Source: Spirochaetia bacterium (lineage in GTDB: Bacteria > Spirochaetota > Spirochaetia > SZUA-6 > Bin103). Taken from it: DNA of 64,000 bases. Shown here piece by piece: positions 18,445 to 27,267 of this stretch. The stretch covers positions 3,936,001 through 4,000,000 of the forward strand of contig CBDBDQ010000005.1 of assembly GCA_965203905.1 (NCBI GenBank), given 5' to 3'. Each line of letters starts with the position of its first letter. The stretch's first letter is position 1. The notes below the pieces were generated by a model. That model was not told the origin of the DNA and made no database searches. It saw nothing but the letters and a program-made list of their open reading frames with translations. A program made the translations under genes and the position numbers.

Positions 18445-20019
18445 ATGACCGATCGCACCAACGCGGCCGCTGACGAGCGGCCCAACATCCTGGTCGTCGT
18501 GCCGGAGCAGTGGCGCGGCGACCTCACCGGCTACGCGGGCCATCCGGTGATCCGAACGCCGAACCTGGACGGGGTGGCAGAGGACGGCGGCGTGGCGTTC
18601 ACCCGTGCGTTCACCACCAATCCGATCTGTGGCCCGTCGCGTTGCGGGATGCTCAGCGGCTGGTACCCGCATACTCGCGGCCACCGCACTCAGCGCTACC
18701 TCCTCGGACCCGGTGAGCCGAACCTGATGCGGGATCTCAAGCAGGCCGGCTACCGGACCGCCATGATCGGCAAGAACGACGTGTTGCACCATTCGGTCGT
18801 CGCCGAGTCACTCGACCTCGCCGGCGTGCCGGCGCGAGGAGGCCGGCCGCCGGAACGCCGGATGAACCCCTTCGCTCCCGGGGATCCGCGCTACTACACG
18901 TTCCTCTGGGGGGCGGAGCCGTTCCCCGCCGAAGAGCACCCCGACTCCCACGCCAACCGCTCGGCGTTGGCCTTCATGGATGCGGTTGCCGGGGACGCGC
19001 CATTCTGCTGCTGGCTCAACTATGAACTCGCCCATCCGCCGTATCGGGTGGAGGAGCCGTGGTGGTCGATGTACGAGCCTGCCCAGGTTGGCAACCTCGC
19101 GCCGCCGCCGCCGCCGCCGTCAGCCGGAAGCGGTACCGGCCGCAAGCCCGTCTATGTCGATCTGCTGCACCGGGCGCACCGGCTTCATGAACTCCCGGAG
19201 CAGACGCTGGTCGAGATCCGCGCCCGGTACATGGCAATGATCTCCCGGGTCGACGCCCTCATAGGTGAGTTGCTCGCCGGCCTCGAGGATCGCGGACTGC
19301 GCCAGTCGACCGCACTCTTCATCGTGGCGGATCACGGCAACTACGGCGGCGACTACGGGCTGCCGGCCAAGTGGTGGACGGGAATGGAGGACGCCCTGCT
19401 GCGTGTCCCGCTGGTCGCGCGTATCCCGGATCAGGCGCGCACCGGCGTGTGCCATGAACTGGTGCAGCACCTGGACCTGAACCAGACCATCCGCGATCTC
19501 GCCGGGGTGCCGCCGCGGCACGCCACCAGCTCGCGATCGCTCGTCCCCCTGCTACGCGGCGCAGCTTCGGCGCATCGGGACCACGTCATTGCGTGCAGCG
19601 GCCACTGGTTCGGCCAGGAAGCGCCGCTGGACCTGGACCGTTCGCATTTCGTGACGCTGGATGACCCGGCCGACCTCTATTTCCCGTGGAAACAGGTGAT
19701 CGCGGAGCAACCCGCTGCGAGCTGCCGTACCTTCGCCATCCGGGACGCACGCTGGAAATACGTCTGGCGCAGCCACGACGTGGACGAATTGTACGACCTG
19801 CAGGCCGATCCACGCGAGGAACGCAACCTGCTGGGAGGACGCGGAGATGGCGCGCCTGGCGGCCCCGCGGGGCAGGCATGGGAACGCTTGCGGACCCGGG
19901 TGATGCATGAGGTGTTTCTCTCCGTCGATGCGGTCCCTCCGATCTATCCCGATGAACCGGGCAGCGTGCACTTCATCCCGGCGGACCGCCTCGGCGTATG
20001 GAAGCCCCAGCGCCCTTGA
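18445..20019 (+). CDS. Sulfatase (Cys-type, choline-sulfatase-like)
   Basis: PNILVVVPEQWR, CGPSR, AHPPY, ADHG, ELYDLQADP. Confidence 0.85.
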   Translation: MTDRTNAAADERPNILVVVPEQWRGDLTGYAGHPVIRTPNLDGVAEDGGVAFTRAFTTNPICGPSRCGMLSGWYPHTRGHRTQRYLLGPGEPNLMRDLKQAGYRTAMIGKNDVLHHSVVAESLDLAGVPARGGRPPERRMNPFAPGDPRYYTFLWGAEPFPAEEHPDSHANRSALAFMDAVAGDAPFCCWLNYELAHPPYRVEEPWWSMYEPAQVGNLAPPPPPPSAGSGTGRKPVYVDLLHRAHRLHELPEQTLVEIRARYMAMISRVDALIGELLAGLEDRGLRQSTALFIVADHGNYGGDYGLPAKWWTGMEDALLRVPLVARIPDQARTGVCHELVQHLDLNQTIRDLAGVPPRHATSSRSLVPLLRGAASAHRDHVIACSGHWFGQEAPLDLDRSHFVTLDDPADLYFPWKQVIAEQPAASCRTFAIRDARWKYVWRSHDVDELYDLQADPREERNLLGGRGDGAPGGPAGQAWERLRTRVMHEVFLSVDAVPPIYPDEPGSVHFIPADRLGVWKPQRP

Positions 20020-20108
20020 TCGAGCTGCGGGTGCGGCGTATCGTGGGCGATCGGACTGCGGGAGCGTAGCCCGCAGGCAGTCCCGCGCACCGCTTACAGG
20101 GGGTAAAG

Positions 20109-21824
20109 ATGGCGCTGATCAGTCGGGCCACTGCGGGTGGGCGGAGCGTGACCACCGTCGCTCACGCCGTCGCCGAGTGGCGCTTCCAGTCGACCGCGTC
20201 GTACGCGGATCCGTTCGCCGCGGTGGAGGCGGACGCCATCTTCACTGCCACCACCGGCGGCGCGACCTGGAAGGTACCGCTGTTTTGGGCCGGCGGTGCC
20301 GACTGGGGGCTGCGCTTCGCGGCCGCATGGCCCGGCATCTACCGTTTCCGTACCGTGTGCAGCAACGCCGATGACGCTGGCCTGCACGGTCGTGAGGGGG
20401 AGCTGGTGGTGAACGGCGTCGACGGCTCCAACGCGCTGCTGCGCCATGGGGCGGTGCACGTGGCGGACGGTGGCGGCCACTTCGCCCACGCCGACGGAAC
20501 GCCCTTTCTGTGGCTCGGTGATTCCTGGTGGCACGCCATGACCAAGCGCCTGAGCTGGCCCGATGGCTTCCAGGAGCTGGTGCGCGACCGCCGCGAGAAG
20601 GGCTACAACGCCCTGCAATTCACCATCGGGTTCGCCTGCGACATGCCGCCCTACGACCCGCGTGACGCCAACGAGGCGGGACACGCGTGGCTGCCGGACT
20701 ACGCGTCGATCAACCCCTACTACTTCGACCACACCGATCTGCGGATCGCGCACCTGGTGGAGAACGGCATCGTCCCCTGCCTCATGGGTCTGTGGGGCTA
20801 CGTCATCTACTTCATGCGGGTGGAGAAGGCGAAGCTCCACTACCGCTATCTGGTCGCGCGCTACGGCGCGTTTCCGGTGGTGTGGAACCTGGCCGGTGAG
20901 ATCCGCCTGGTCTGGTACCACCGCTACCCGGAGACCGAGCACGAGCACGCCCGGCGCCAGGTCGCGATGTGGACGGAGGTGGCCGCGTATCTCAAGCGGA
21001 TCGATCCGTTTCGGCGCATGCTGACGGTACACCCGGCGGTCAACCGGCCCGTGCTCGAGGGTGTGGACCCGCTCGCTGACATGGACCTGCTCGACTGCTT
21101 CCTCATCCAGGGCGGGCACAACGAGTACCGGGCGATGGCGCAATCCCTGGACCAGCTCCGGTACTACCGGAACATCGATCCGGCGCGGCCGGCCGTCATC
21201 AGCGAAGCGGGCTGGGAGGGGATGTTCGCCGGCACCGGTCCGAAGGTGCAGCGCCAGCTGTTCTGGGGGGCGGTGCTCTCCGGCATGCCGGGGCATTGCT
21301 ACGGTGCCGACTCCCTGTGGCAGATGAACTCACGCCGGCAGCCGTTCGGACCGTCGGCCTTCGGCCAGACCTGGCAGGATACCCCGTGGGAGGTGGCCTA
21401 CCAATGGGACGGCGCCCGCCACGTGGCCATCGGCAAACGGATTCTCGAGAACTTCCGCTGGTGGGAGCTGGAACCGCACCCCGAGTGGATCGACCACCCC
21501 TGGAGCCCGGAGACGCCCGAGGGGGTGTTCTGCGCGGGGATCCCCGGCGAGCTGCGTATCTGCTACGTCCCAGTGGCGCTGCCGTTCATCAGCGAGTTTC
21601 ACCTGCTGGGCCTGGAGCGCGACTGCCAGTGGTGGGCCTCGTTGTACGACCCCACCAGTGGCCGGCGGTTCAACCGGGGGCCGATCGAGGTGGGCGCCGA
21701 GGGACGCTGGCGGATCGTCGGCTCGCCGATGTCACAGGACTGGGTGGTGGTGCTGGAGCGGATGGACACCACCGAGACGCTGGAGCCTCTGGACGGCTCC
21801 AACGCCGGATCGGGTGCGTCGTGA
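20109..21824 (+). CDS. DUF5060-DUF4038 protein (apiosidase/GH140-like glycosidase)
   Basis: FAHADGTPFLWLGDSWW, RYLVARYGAFPVVWNLAGE, LTVHP, QGGH, SEAGWEG. Confidence 0.8.
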   Translation: MALISRATAGGRSVTTVAHAVAEWRFQSTASYADPFAAVEADAIFTATTGGATWKVPLFWAGGADWGLRFAAAWPGIYRFRTVCSNADDAGLHGREGELVVNGVDGSNALLRHGAVHVADGGGHFAHADGTPFLWLGDSWWHAMTKRLSWPDGFQELVRDRREKGYNALQFTIGFACDMPPYDPRDANEAGHAWLPDYASINPYYFDHTDLRIAHLVENGIVPCLMGLWGYVIYFMRVEKAKLHYRYLVARYGAFPVVWNLAGEIRLVWYHRYPETEHEHARRQVAMWTEVAAYLKRIDPFRRMLTVHPAVNRPVLEGVDPLADMDLLDCFLIQGGHNEYRAMAQSLDQLRYYRNIDPARPAVISEAGWEGMFAGTGPKVQRQLFWGAVLSGMPGHCYGADSLWQMNSRRQPFGPSAFGQTWQDTPWEVAYQWDGARHVAIGKRILENFRWWELEPHPEWIDHPWSPETPEGVFCAGIPGELRICYVPVALPFISEFHLLGLERDCQWWASLYDPTSGRRFNRGPIEVGAEGRWRIVGSPMSQDWVVVLERMDTTETLEPLDGSNAGSGAS

Positions 21825-23299
21825 ATGTCGTCGTACTGATCTCGGACACGTTCCGGCGCGACTACCTGGGGTTCTCGGGCAACAGGCGAATCTACACCCC
21901 GCAACTCGACCGGCTGGCGGCGCGCAGCGTGTTCTTCGAGCAGGCGTATTGCGCCTCGTTCCCGACGGTCCCGGCGCGAGGCGATCTGCTGACCGGGCGC
22001 TTTACCCTGATCGAGCGCGGCTGGGCGCCCCTTCCCGACGATGTGCCGGTGCTGCCGCAACTCCTCTCCGACGCCGGCTACCGGACGGTGGGCGTGGTGG
22101 ACACTCCGTTTTACCTGCGCCACGGCTACGGCTACGACCGCGGCTTCGACGAGTTCCGCTTCATTCGGGGCCAGGAGCCCGGCGACGCCGACATAGCCTA
22201 CGAGCGGCGCTACGAGGAGCACCACGCCGCCGCCATGACCGCGCACGCCGCCTGCCGCTGGATGGAGCGCCATTACCGGGACGACTTCCTGCTGTGGGTG
22301 GACATGTGGGACCCGCACGAGCCGTGGGATCCGCCGCGCCACTACGTCGAGCGCTATCTGCCGGACTGGGACGGCACCTGCGTCTGGCCGGCGTACTGGT
22401 ACACGTCCGACGTGGAGACCGCGGTGGACGAGGAGTCCCTGGCCTACCGGCAGGCTATGTGGACCGCCTGGGCCGACCGCCGGGCTCAGGTGGCGAGTCC
22501 CGACGACCACGTCAACCGCGAGATCGGGATGCGCTTTCGGCGGGGCACGCCGGACAGTCCCGTGGTCGTGGGGCGTACGCCGGAACTGGTGAGGGTCGCC
22601 GAGGCGTGCTACGCTGGCGAGGTCAGCATGGTTGATCGGGCGGTGGGCGCGGTGATCGAGCGCCTGGAGACCCTGGACCTGATGGATCGGACCATGATCT
22701 TCTTCCTGGCCGATCACGGCTTTCTGTTCGGCGAGCATCACATCTTCGGCAAGGCGCTGCTGGCCCGCGGCACTCACGTACGTGCCCCGCTCTACGAGGA
22801 GATCGCCGGCATCCCGCTGCTGGTCAGCCATCCTGACCTGGAGCCGCGCCGCGAGCGCGCCCTGGTCTCGCTCCCGGACGTGCCGGCCACGATCCTCGAC
22901 GCGCTGGCCATGGCCGTACCGGGCAGCATGCAGGGGCGCTCGTTCTGGCCGCTGCTGTCCGGCAGCGCCGGCGGCCACCGCGACTTCACCGTGTCCACGA
23001 TGGAGCTGCGCAACCCCGGCGAGACCTCCCGCATCGTGGACGACGCCGAGAGGTTGGTGACGGAGTTCACGCCGGCGACGCTCACCACCGACGAATGGTC
23101 GCTGCTGCTGGCCCCGGCGAGCAACGCGCACGAGCTGTACCACCGCGGCCGCGACCCCCGCCAGCAGCGCAACGTCGCGGCGGAACACCCCGAAGTGATC
23201 CGCCGGCTGCACGCCGACTACGTCGCGTTCCTGGAACAGCTCGGCACCGAAGAGCGGTTGCTCGGCCCGCGTCGGGAGCTGCTCCTGCCCGAGTCGTAG
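21821..23299 (+). CDS. Sulfatase-fold hydrolase with TxPxR instead of C/SxPxR
   Basis: GTGA overlap; LISDTFRRD, ASFPTVPARGDLLTGR, DPHEPWDPP, ADHG. Confidence 0.85.
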   Translation: MNVVVLISDTFRRDYLGFSGNRRIYTPQLDRLAARSVFFEQAYCASFPTVPARGDLLTGRFTLIERGWAPLPDDVPVLPQLLSDAGYRTVGVVDTPFYLRHGYGYDRGFDEFRFIRGQEPGDADIAYERRYEEHHAAAMTAHAACRWMERHYRDDFLLWVDMWDPHEPWDPPRHYVERYLPDWDGTCVWPAYWYTSDVETAVDEESLAYRQAMWTAWADRRAQVASPDDHVNREIGMRFRRGTPDSPVVVGRTPELVRVAEACYAGEVSMVDRAVGAVIERLETLDLMDRTMIFFLADHGFLFGEHHIFGKALLARGTHVRAPLYEEIAGIPLLVSHPDLEPRRERALVSLPDVPATILDALAMAVPGSMQGRSFWPLLSGSAGGHRDFTVSTMELRNPGETSRIVDDAERLVTEFTPATLTTDEWSLLLAPASNAHELYHRGRDPRQQRNVAAEHPEVIRRLHADYVAFLEQLGTEERLLGPRRELLLPES

Positions 23300-25062
23300 G
23301 GGAGTCGCCGGAGACAGATAAGCGTGTGGGCATCCACCTCCAGCCGCGTCGCCGCGCCCGCCGGTTCCAGGCTGTAACGCGCCATCGCCGGCAGGGTGAG
23401 CACCGGCTCCGGCGCGGCGGTGCCGTGCACCTCCAGCTCCACCGTCACCGCAAACCCGTTGAAGTTGTGCAGCACCAGGTAGCGGTCGCCGAACAGGTGC
23501 ATGCTTACCCGGGTCGGACCCCGCAACGAGCAGCCGAACGGCGCCAGCAGCGCGGCGCGCAGGTAGTCCAGCGGCAGCGGGCCACACCGTGGCGCGGATT
23601 CGTCGTCGGCGAACGCGGGGTCCAGGTCGGTACGGCGCAACTGGATGCCCAGCACACGCGCGGCCATCCGCACGTCTCCCAGGTATTTCATCGAGAGGCC
23701 CCAGCCGGAGTCGTTGGCCAGCGCCTCCCACGCGGCGCGTGCGCCGCGCACCGGCCGCAGCCGATCCTGCTTGTCGTAGGGGTCGCGCTCACCGGCGAAG
23801 TCGACCACCGCCGGATAGTCGACGCTCGCCTCGATGACGTGCACGTTGGGGCGGTCCAGAAACGCCTTATCCAGGTTGGCGGCGAGACCGTCGGTCACCA
23901 GCATCGGTAGACTCGATCCCCGCAGGAACTCGATCCTGGCCGCGAAGTCGGGGAAGGATCGGGTGTGCAGGGAGAGGAAGAATCCCTCCGCGTCGTCCGG
24001 GAAGTCGTGCGCGGGCCGTAGGGGAATGCCCAGTTGACCGACGTAGTCGAACACGTTGGTGTCGCTGGCGCGTCCGAAGTCCCACGGTTCCGCCCGATTC
24101 GGCCGCGCCGCTACCAGACCGCGTACCGGGTTGGCGCGCACGATGCGCATGAGCTCCCGGATCGTGCCGGCGTCCCTCGCGAGGGTCGGAAACTGGCCGG
24201 CGCCGCCGGGGAACGCCCAGCGGTAGTCCGGACCCAGGCCACCGTAGGGGTGCAGCACCAGCTCGCGCGGCGCGCCAAGCAGGGTCTGGTACGCGCTGTC
24301 GAGGGTGTGGTCCGTGTCCTGCAGCGGCATGATCCACGCTCCGCCGAGCCTGCTCCCCGCCAACTCGTTCATCCAACCCATCAGGAACCAGGCGCGGTAC
24401 GGCCCCTGACTACGCAGCGCGTTCTGCGGTGATTCCTGAAACGGCCCCACTTCCGTCCCCACCCAGATGCCGTCGAACTCCTGCAGCAGGTAGTCCACAT
24501 CCTGACCCTGGCGGGCGAGCATCTCGTACATGGCCGGCAACTTGTAGATCAGCCGCACGCCGGGATTGACTGCGCGCGCCGGCGCCACGGCGTGATGGCG
24601 CACCACTTGGCGTAACTGGTCGCAGCGGAAGCGCGTCCACGAGCGGTCCCCCTTGGCGGCTCGACACGCAGCGCACCGGCAGTGTGACCAGATGTACTCG
24701 TCGATGAGAAGGGTGTCGAACAGGCCGGCGGCGAAGGTGAAGATCCGTTCGAGGGCGCGCCGGGAGCGGTCGTGCGTGAGGCAGGGGAAGTCGGTCAGCA
24801 CCGTGCCGGGCTCGCCGTAGCGGGTGGTGCATACCGCGCCGGCGGTGTCGAAGCCGAACGCCCGGAGGCGGTCCCGAGCTCGGGCCACCAGGTCCGCGGA
24901 TACCTGGAAGCCGTTGCGGAAGGTTTCCAGGTAAATGCGCGCCGCGCCGTGGCGCCGACACACGCCGACCACCTGGGCGACGGCCGCCTCGGTGGACAGG
25001 TAGCGGTCGATCTCGTCCGCCATGAAGTAGGTGGACAGAACAGGTTGAGTTCCGTTCCTCAT
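23218..25062 (-). CDS. Hypothetical protein, possible glycoside-hydrolase-like TIM barrel
   Basis: About 615-aa ORF with host-like codon usage; YLETFR, IDEY..CRCAAC, IWVGTE; overlaps the convergent sulfatase 3' end by about 80 nt. Confidence 0.6.
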   Translation of the reverse strand: MRNGTQPVLSTYFMADEIDRYLSTEAAVAQVVGVCRRHGAARIYLETFRNGFQVSADLVARARDRLRAFGFDTAGAVCTTRYGEPGTVLTDFPCLTHDRSRRALERIFTFAAGLFDTLLIDEYIWSHCRCAACRAAKGDRSWTRFRCDQLRQVVRHHAVAPARAVNPGVRLIYKLPAMYEMLARQGQDVDYLLQEFDGIWVGTEVGPFQESPQNALRSQGPYRAWFLMGWMNELAGSRLGGAWIMPLQDTDHTLDSAYQTLLGAPRELVLHPYGGLGPDYRWAFPGGAGQFPTLARDAGTIRELMRIVRANPVRGLVAARPNRAEPWDFGRASDTNVFDYVGQLGIPLRPAHDFPDDAEGFFLSLHTRSFPDFAARIEFLRGSSLPMLVTDGLAANLDKAFLDRPNVHVIEASVDYPAVVDFAGERDPYDKQDRLRPVRGARAAWEALANDSGWGLSMKYLGDVRMAARVLGIQLRRTDLDPAFADDESAPRCGPLPLDYLRAALLAPFGCSLRGPTRVSMHLFGDRYLVLHNFNGFAVTVELEVHGTAAPEPVLTLPAMARYSLEPAGAATRLEVDAHTLICLRRLPYDSGRSSSRRGPSNRSSVPSCSRNAT

Positions 25063-25142
25063 ACGTTGTTCATCCGGCCTCGGCGACCGGCACAACCGGT
25101 GCGCCCTTGACGGTACGCAAGTACCTGGTGAGGATGGGCGGG

Positions 25143-26141
25143 ATGCGCGCGTACGCCATGAGAAGAGTGCTGCTCATAGTGCCGACTCTCCTGGTGACCA
25201 CGCTGGTGATCTTTCTCCTGATCCGGATGGTGCCCGGAACCGTGGTGGACGTCCTGATCGCCCAACAGGCGGAGAGTGGCATAGGCGGCGAGCAGTTGGA
25301 AGCAGCCCGCGCCACCATCACGCGCGAGTTGGGGCTCGACGCACCCATCCCCGTGCAGTATGGGCGGTGGCTAGGCGTGCTGCCGCGTACCGACGGCCGG
25401 CTGGCCGGCATCATCCAGGGCGACTTCGGCATGTCGTTTCGCACCGGCGGTCCGGTGGCCGAGAGGATCAGACCCCGGCTGCCGGCGACCGTCGAGCTGA
25501 GCATCCTGAGCCTGATCATCACCTATCTCATTGCGGTTCCCATCGGCGTCTATTCCGCGGTGCGGCAGGACACCGCGGGTGACTACATCAGCCGCAGCTT
25601 CGCCATCCTGTGGCTGTCCGTGCCGGGATTCTGGATCGCGACCATGGTCATCGTCCTGCCTTCGATCTGGTGGGGTTGGTCGCCGTCGATCCACATCATA
25701 CCGTTCTTCGAGGATCCGCTGGGGCACCTGGGGATGTTCATCCTTCCGGCGGCCATCATGGGGCTGACGTTCGCCGGCGGCACCATGCGCGATACCAGGA
25801 CCTGGATGCTGGAGGTGCTCAACCAGGACTACATAAGGACCGCATGGGCCAAGGGTCTCAACGAGGAGACCGTCCTCATACGGCACGCATTCAGGAACAC
25901 GCTGATACCGGTCGTCACTCGCATCGGGTACCAGCTTCCGACCCTGGTGGGCGGCGCGGTGATCATGGAGAACATTTTCGGCGTGCCGGGATTAGGCCAG
26001 CTCCTGCTCGCTACGCTCACCGAGCGGGACTATCCGGTGGTTACCGCACTGCTGCTGATCGGCGCTCTGGCCATCGTGGTGGCCAACCTGCTGGCCGATC
26101 TCGCCTACGGTGTGGTCGATCCGAGGATTCGCTACCAGTGA
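25143..26141 (+). CDS. Peptide/nickel-family ABC permease (DppB/OppB-like)
   Basis: GDFGMS, DYIRTAWAKGL, RDYPVV, DPRIRY. Confidence 0.9.
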   Translation: MRAYAMRRVLLIVPTLLVTTLVIFLLIRMVPGTVVDVLIAQQAESGIGGEQLEAARATITRELGLDAPIPVQYGRWLGVLPRTDGRLAGIIQGDFGMSFRTGGPVAERIRPRLPATVELSILSLIITYLIAVPIGVYSAVRQDTAGDYISRSFAILWLSVPGFWIATMVIVLPSIWWGWSPSIHIIPFFEDPLGHLGMFILPAAIMGLTFAGGTMRDTRTWMLEVLNQDYIRTAWAKGLNEETVLIRHAFRNTLIPVVTRIGYQLPTLVGGAVIMENIFGVPGLGQLLLATLTERDYPVVTALLLIGALAIVVANLLADLAYGVVDPRIRYQ

Positions 26142-27157
26142 GACGGCGCTGCCGCGCCAACGAAGTCGGTGGTGCAGCCGAGGTCGAGGCGGCAGCTGAC
26201 GTCGCCGCCGATGGCGACGACCGCGGCCGCCCGCGCCCGGCTGCCATCGCGGTCACCCTGCTGACCAGGAAACCGCTGGGCGCGGCAGGCGGGATCATCA
26301 CCATCCTGTTCCTGCTCATCGGTGTGTTCGCCGACGTTCTGGCGCCCTACGGCATGAACGAACTGCACACCAGGGACATGCTCTCGCCACCATCCGCCAC
26401 CTACTGGCTGGGCACGGACAACCTGGGTCGCGACATCCTCAGTCGCGTCATCTTCGGGGCCCGCATCTCCGTGATCGTGGGGCTGGCCGCATCGGCGCTG
26501 TCCACTGCAATCGGCGTGATCATCGGCATGCTGTCCGGCTACGTCGGCGGCAAGTTGGATCTAGTCCTGCAGCGCGTGGTCGACGGCATCATGAGCCTCC
26601 CGCTGCTCCCGGTGGTGCTGGTGGTGGTGTCCATGTTCGGGCCGGGCATGCTGACCCTGATCCTGGTAATGGGAATCCTCTGGGGGATCGGCAGTTCCCG
26701 GAGCATGCGTGCCATCATCATGAGCTTCAAGACCAATGTCTACGTTGTGGCCGCGGCGGCGGTGGGCAGCCGCACCCGGCGGATCCTGTGGCGTCACCTC
26801 CTGCCCAACGTCATGCCGTTCATCGTCACCGGTTTCACCATCACCGTGCCGGCGGTAATCCTCACCGAGGCGGCGCTCAGCTTCCTCGGCTTCGGCGTTC
26901 CGCCGCCCGCGCCGAGCTGGGGTGGCATGCTGGGGCGCGACGGACGCCAGTTCATGTACCTGGCGCCGTGGATGGCCATCTGGCCGGGGCTCGCCCTCAG
27001 CATCGTCGTCTACGGAATCAGCATGTTCGGCGATGCGCTCCGCGACGTGTTGGACCCGAGGCTGAAGGGCGGGGTGGGGCGCTACGGAATGGATCAGAAC
27101 CGCACCCGTCGCGCCACGCTGGCGGCAGAGCCGGCTCGGCCCGGCAGCTCAGGATAG
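26138..27157 (+). CDS. Peptide/nickel-family ABC permease (DppC/OppC-like)
   Basis: GTGA overlap; LGTDNLGRDILSR, EAALSFLGFG, GDALRDVLDP. Confidence 0.9.
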   Translation: MRRRCRANEVGGAAEVEAAADVAADGDDRGRPRPAAIAVTLLTRKPLGAAGGIITILFLLIGVFADVLAPYGMNELHTRDMLSPPSATYWLGTDNLGRDILSRVIFGARISVIVGLAASALSTAIGVIIGMLSGYVGGKLDLVLQRVVDGIMSLPLLPVVLVVVSMFGPGMLTLILVMGILWGIGSSRSMRAIIMSFKTNVYVVAAAAVGSRTRRILWRHLLPNVMPFIVTGFTITVPAVILTEAALSFLGFGVPPPAPSWGGMLGRDGRQFMYLAPWMAIWPGLALSIVVYGISMFGDALRDVLDPRLKGGVGRYGMDQNRTRRATLAAEPARPGSSG

Positions 27158-27199
27158 GCTTCTCCGCGACCATGCCGGGCGCGGGCCCACCAAGTCAGC

Positions 27200-27228
27200 T
27201 TGACAGCAGAGGGGCGCGGGAATAGGGT
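27200..27228 (+). promoter_or_regulatory. Putative sigma70 promoter for the binding-protein gene
   Basis: TTGACA-17 nt-TAGGGT, then GAGGAGG SD before GTG at 27268. Confidence 0.5.
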
Positions 27229-27267
27229 GCAGGTTTACAGACGCGCTTGCGCGCGAGGAGGTGCGAA

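Noticed and set aside
19100-19120. (GCC)n run in the sulfatase gene
   Set aside because: In-frame triplet run encoding poly-Pro; it cannot cause phase variation
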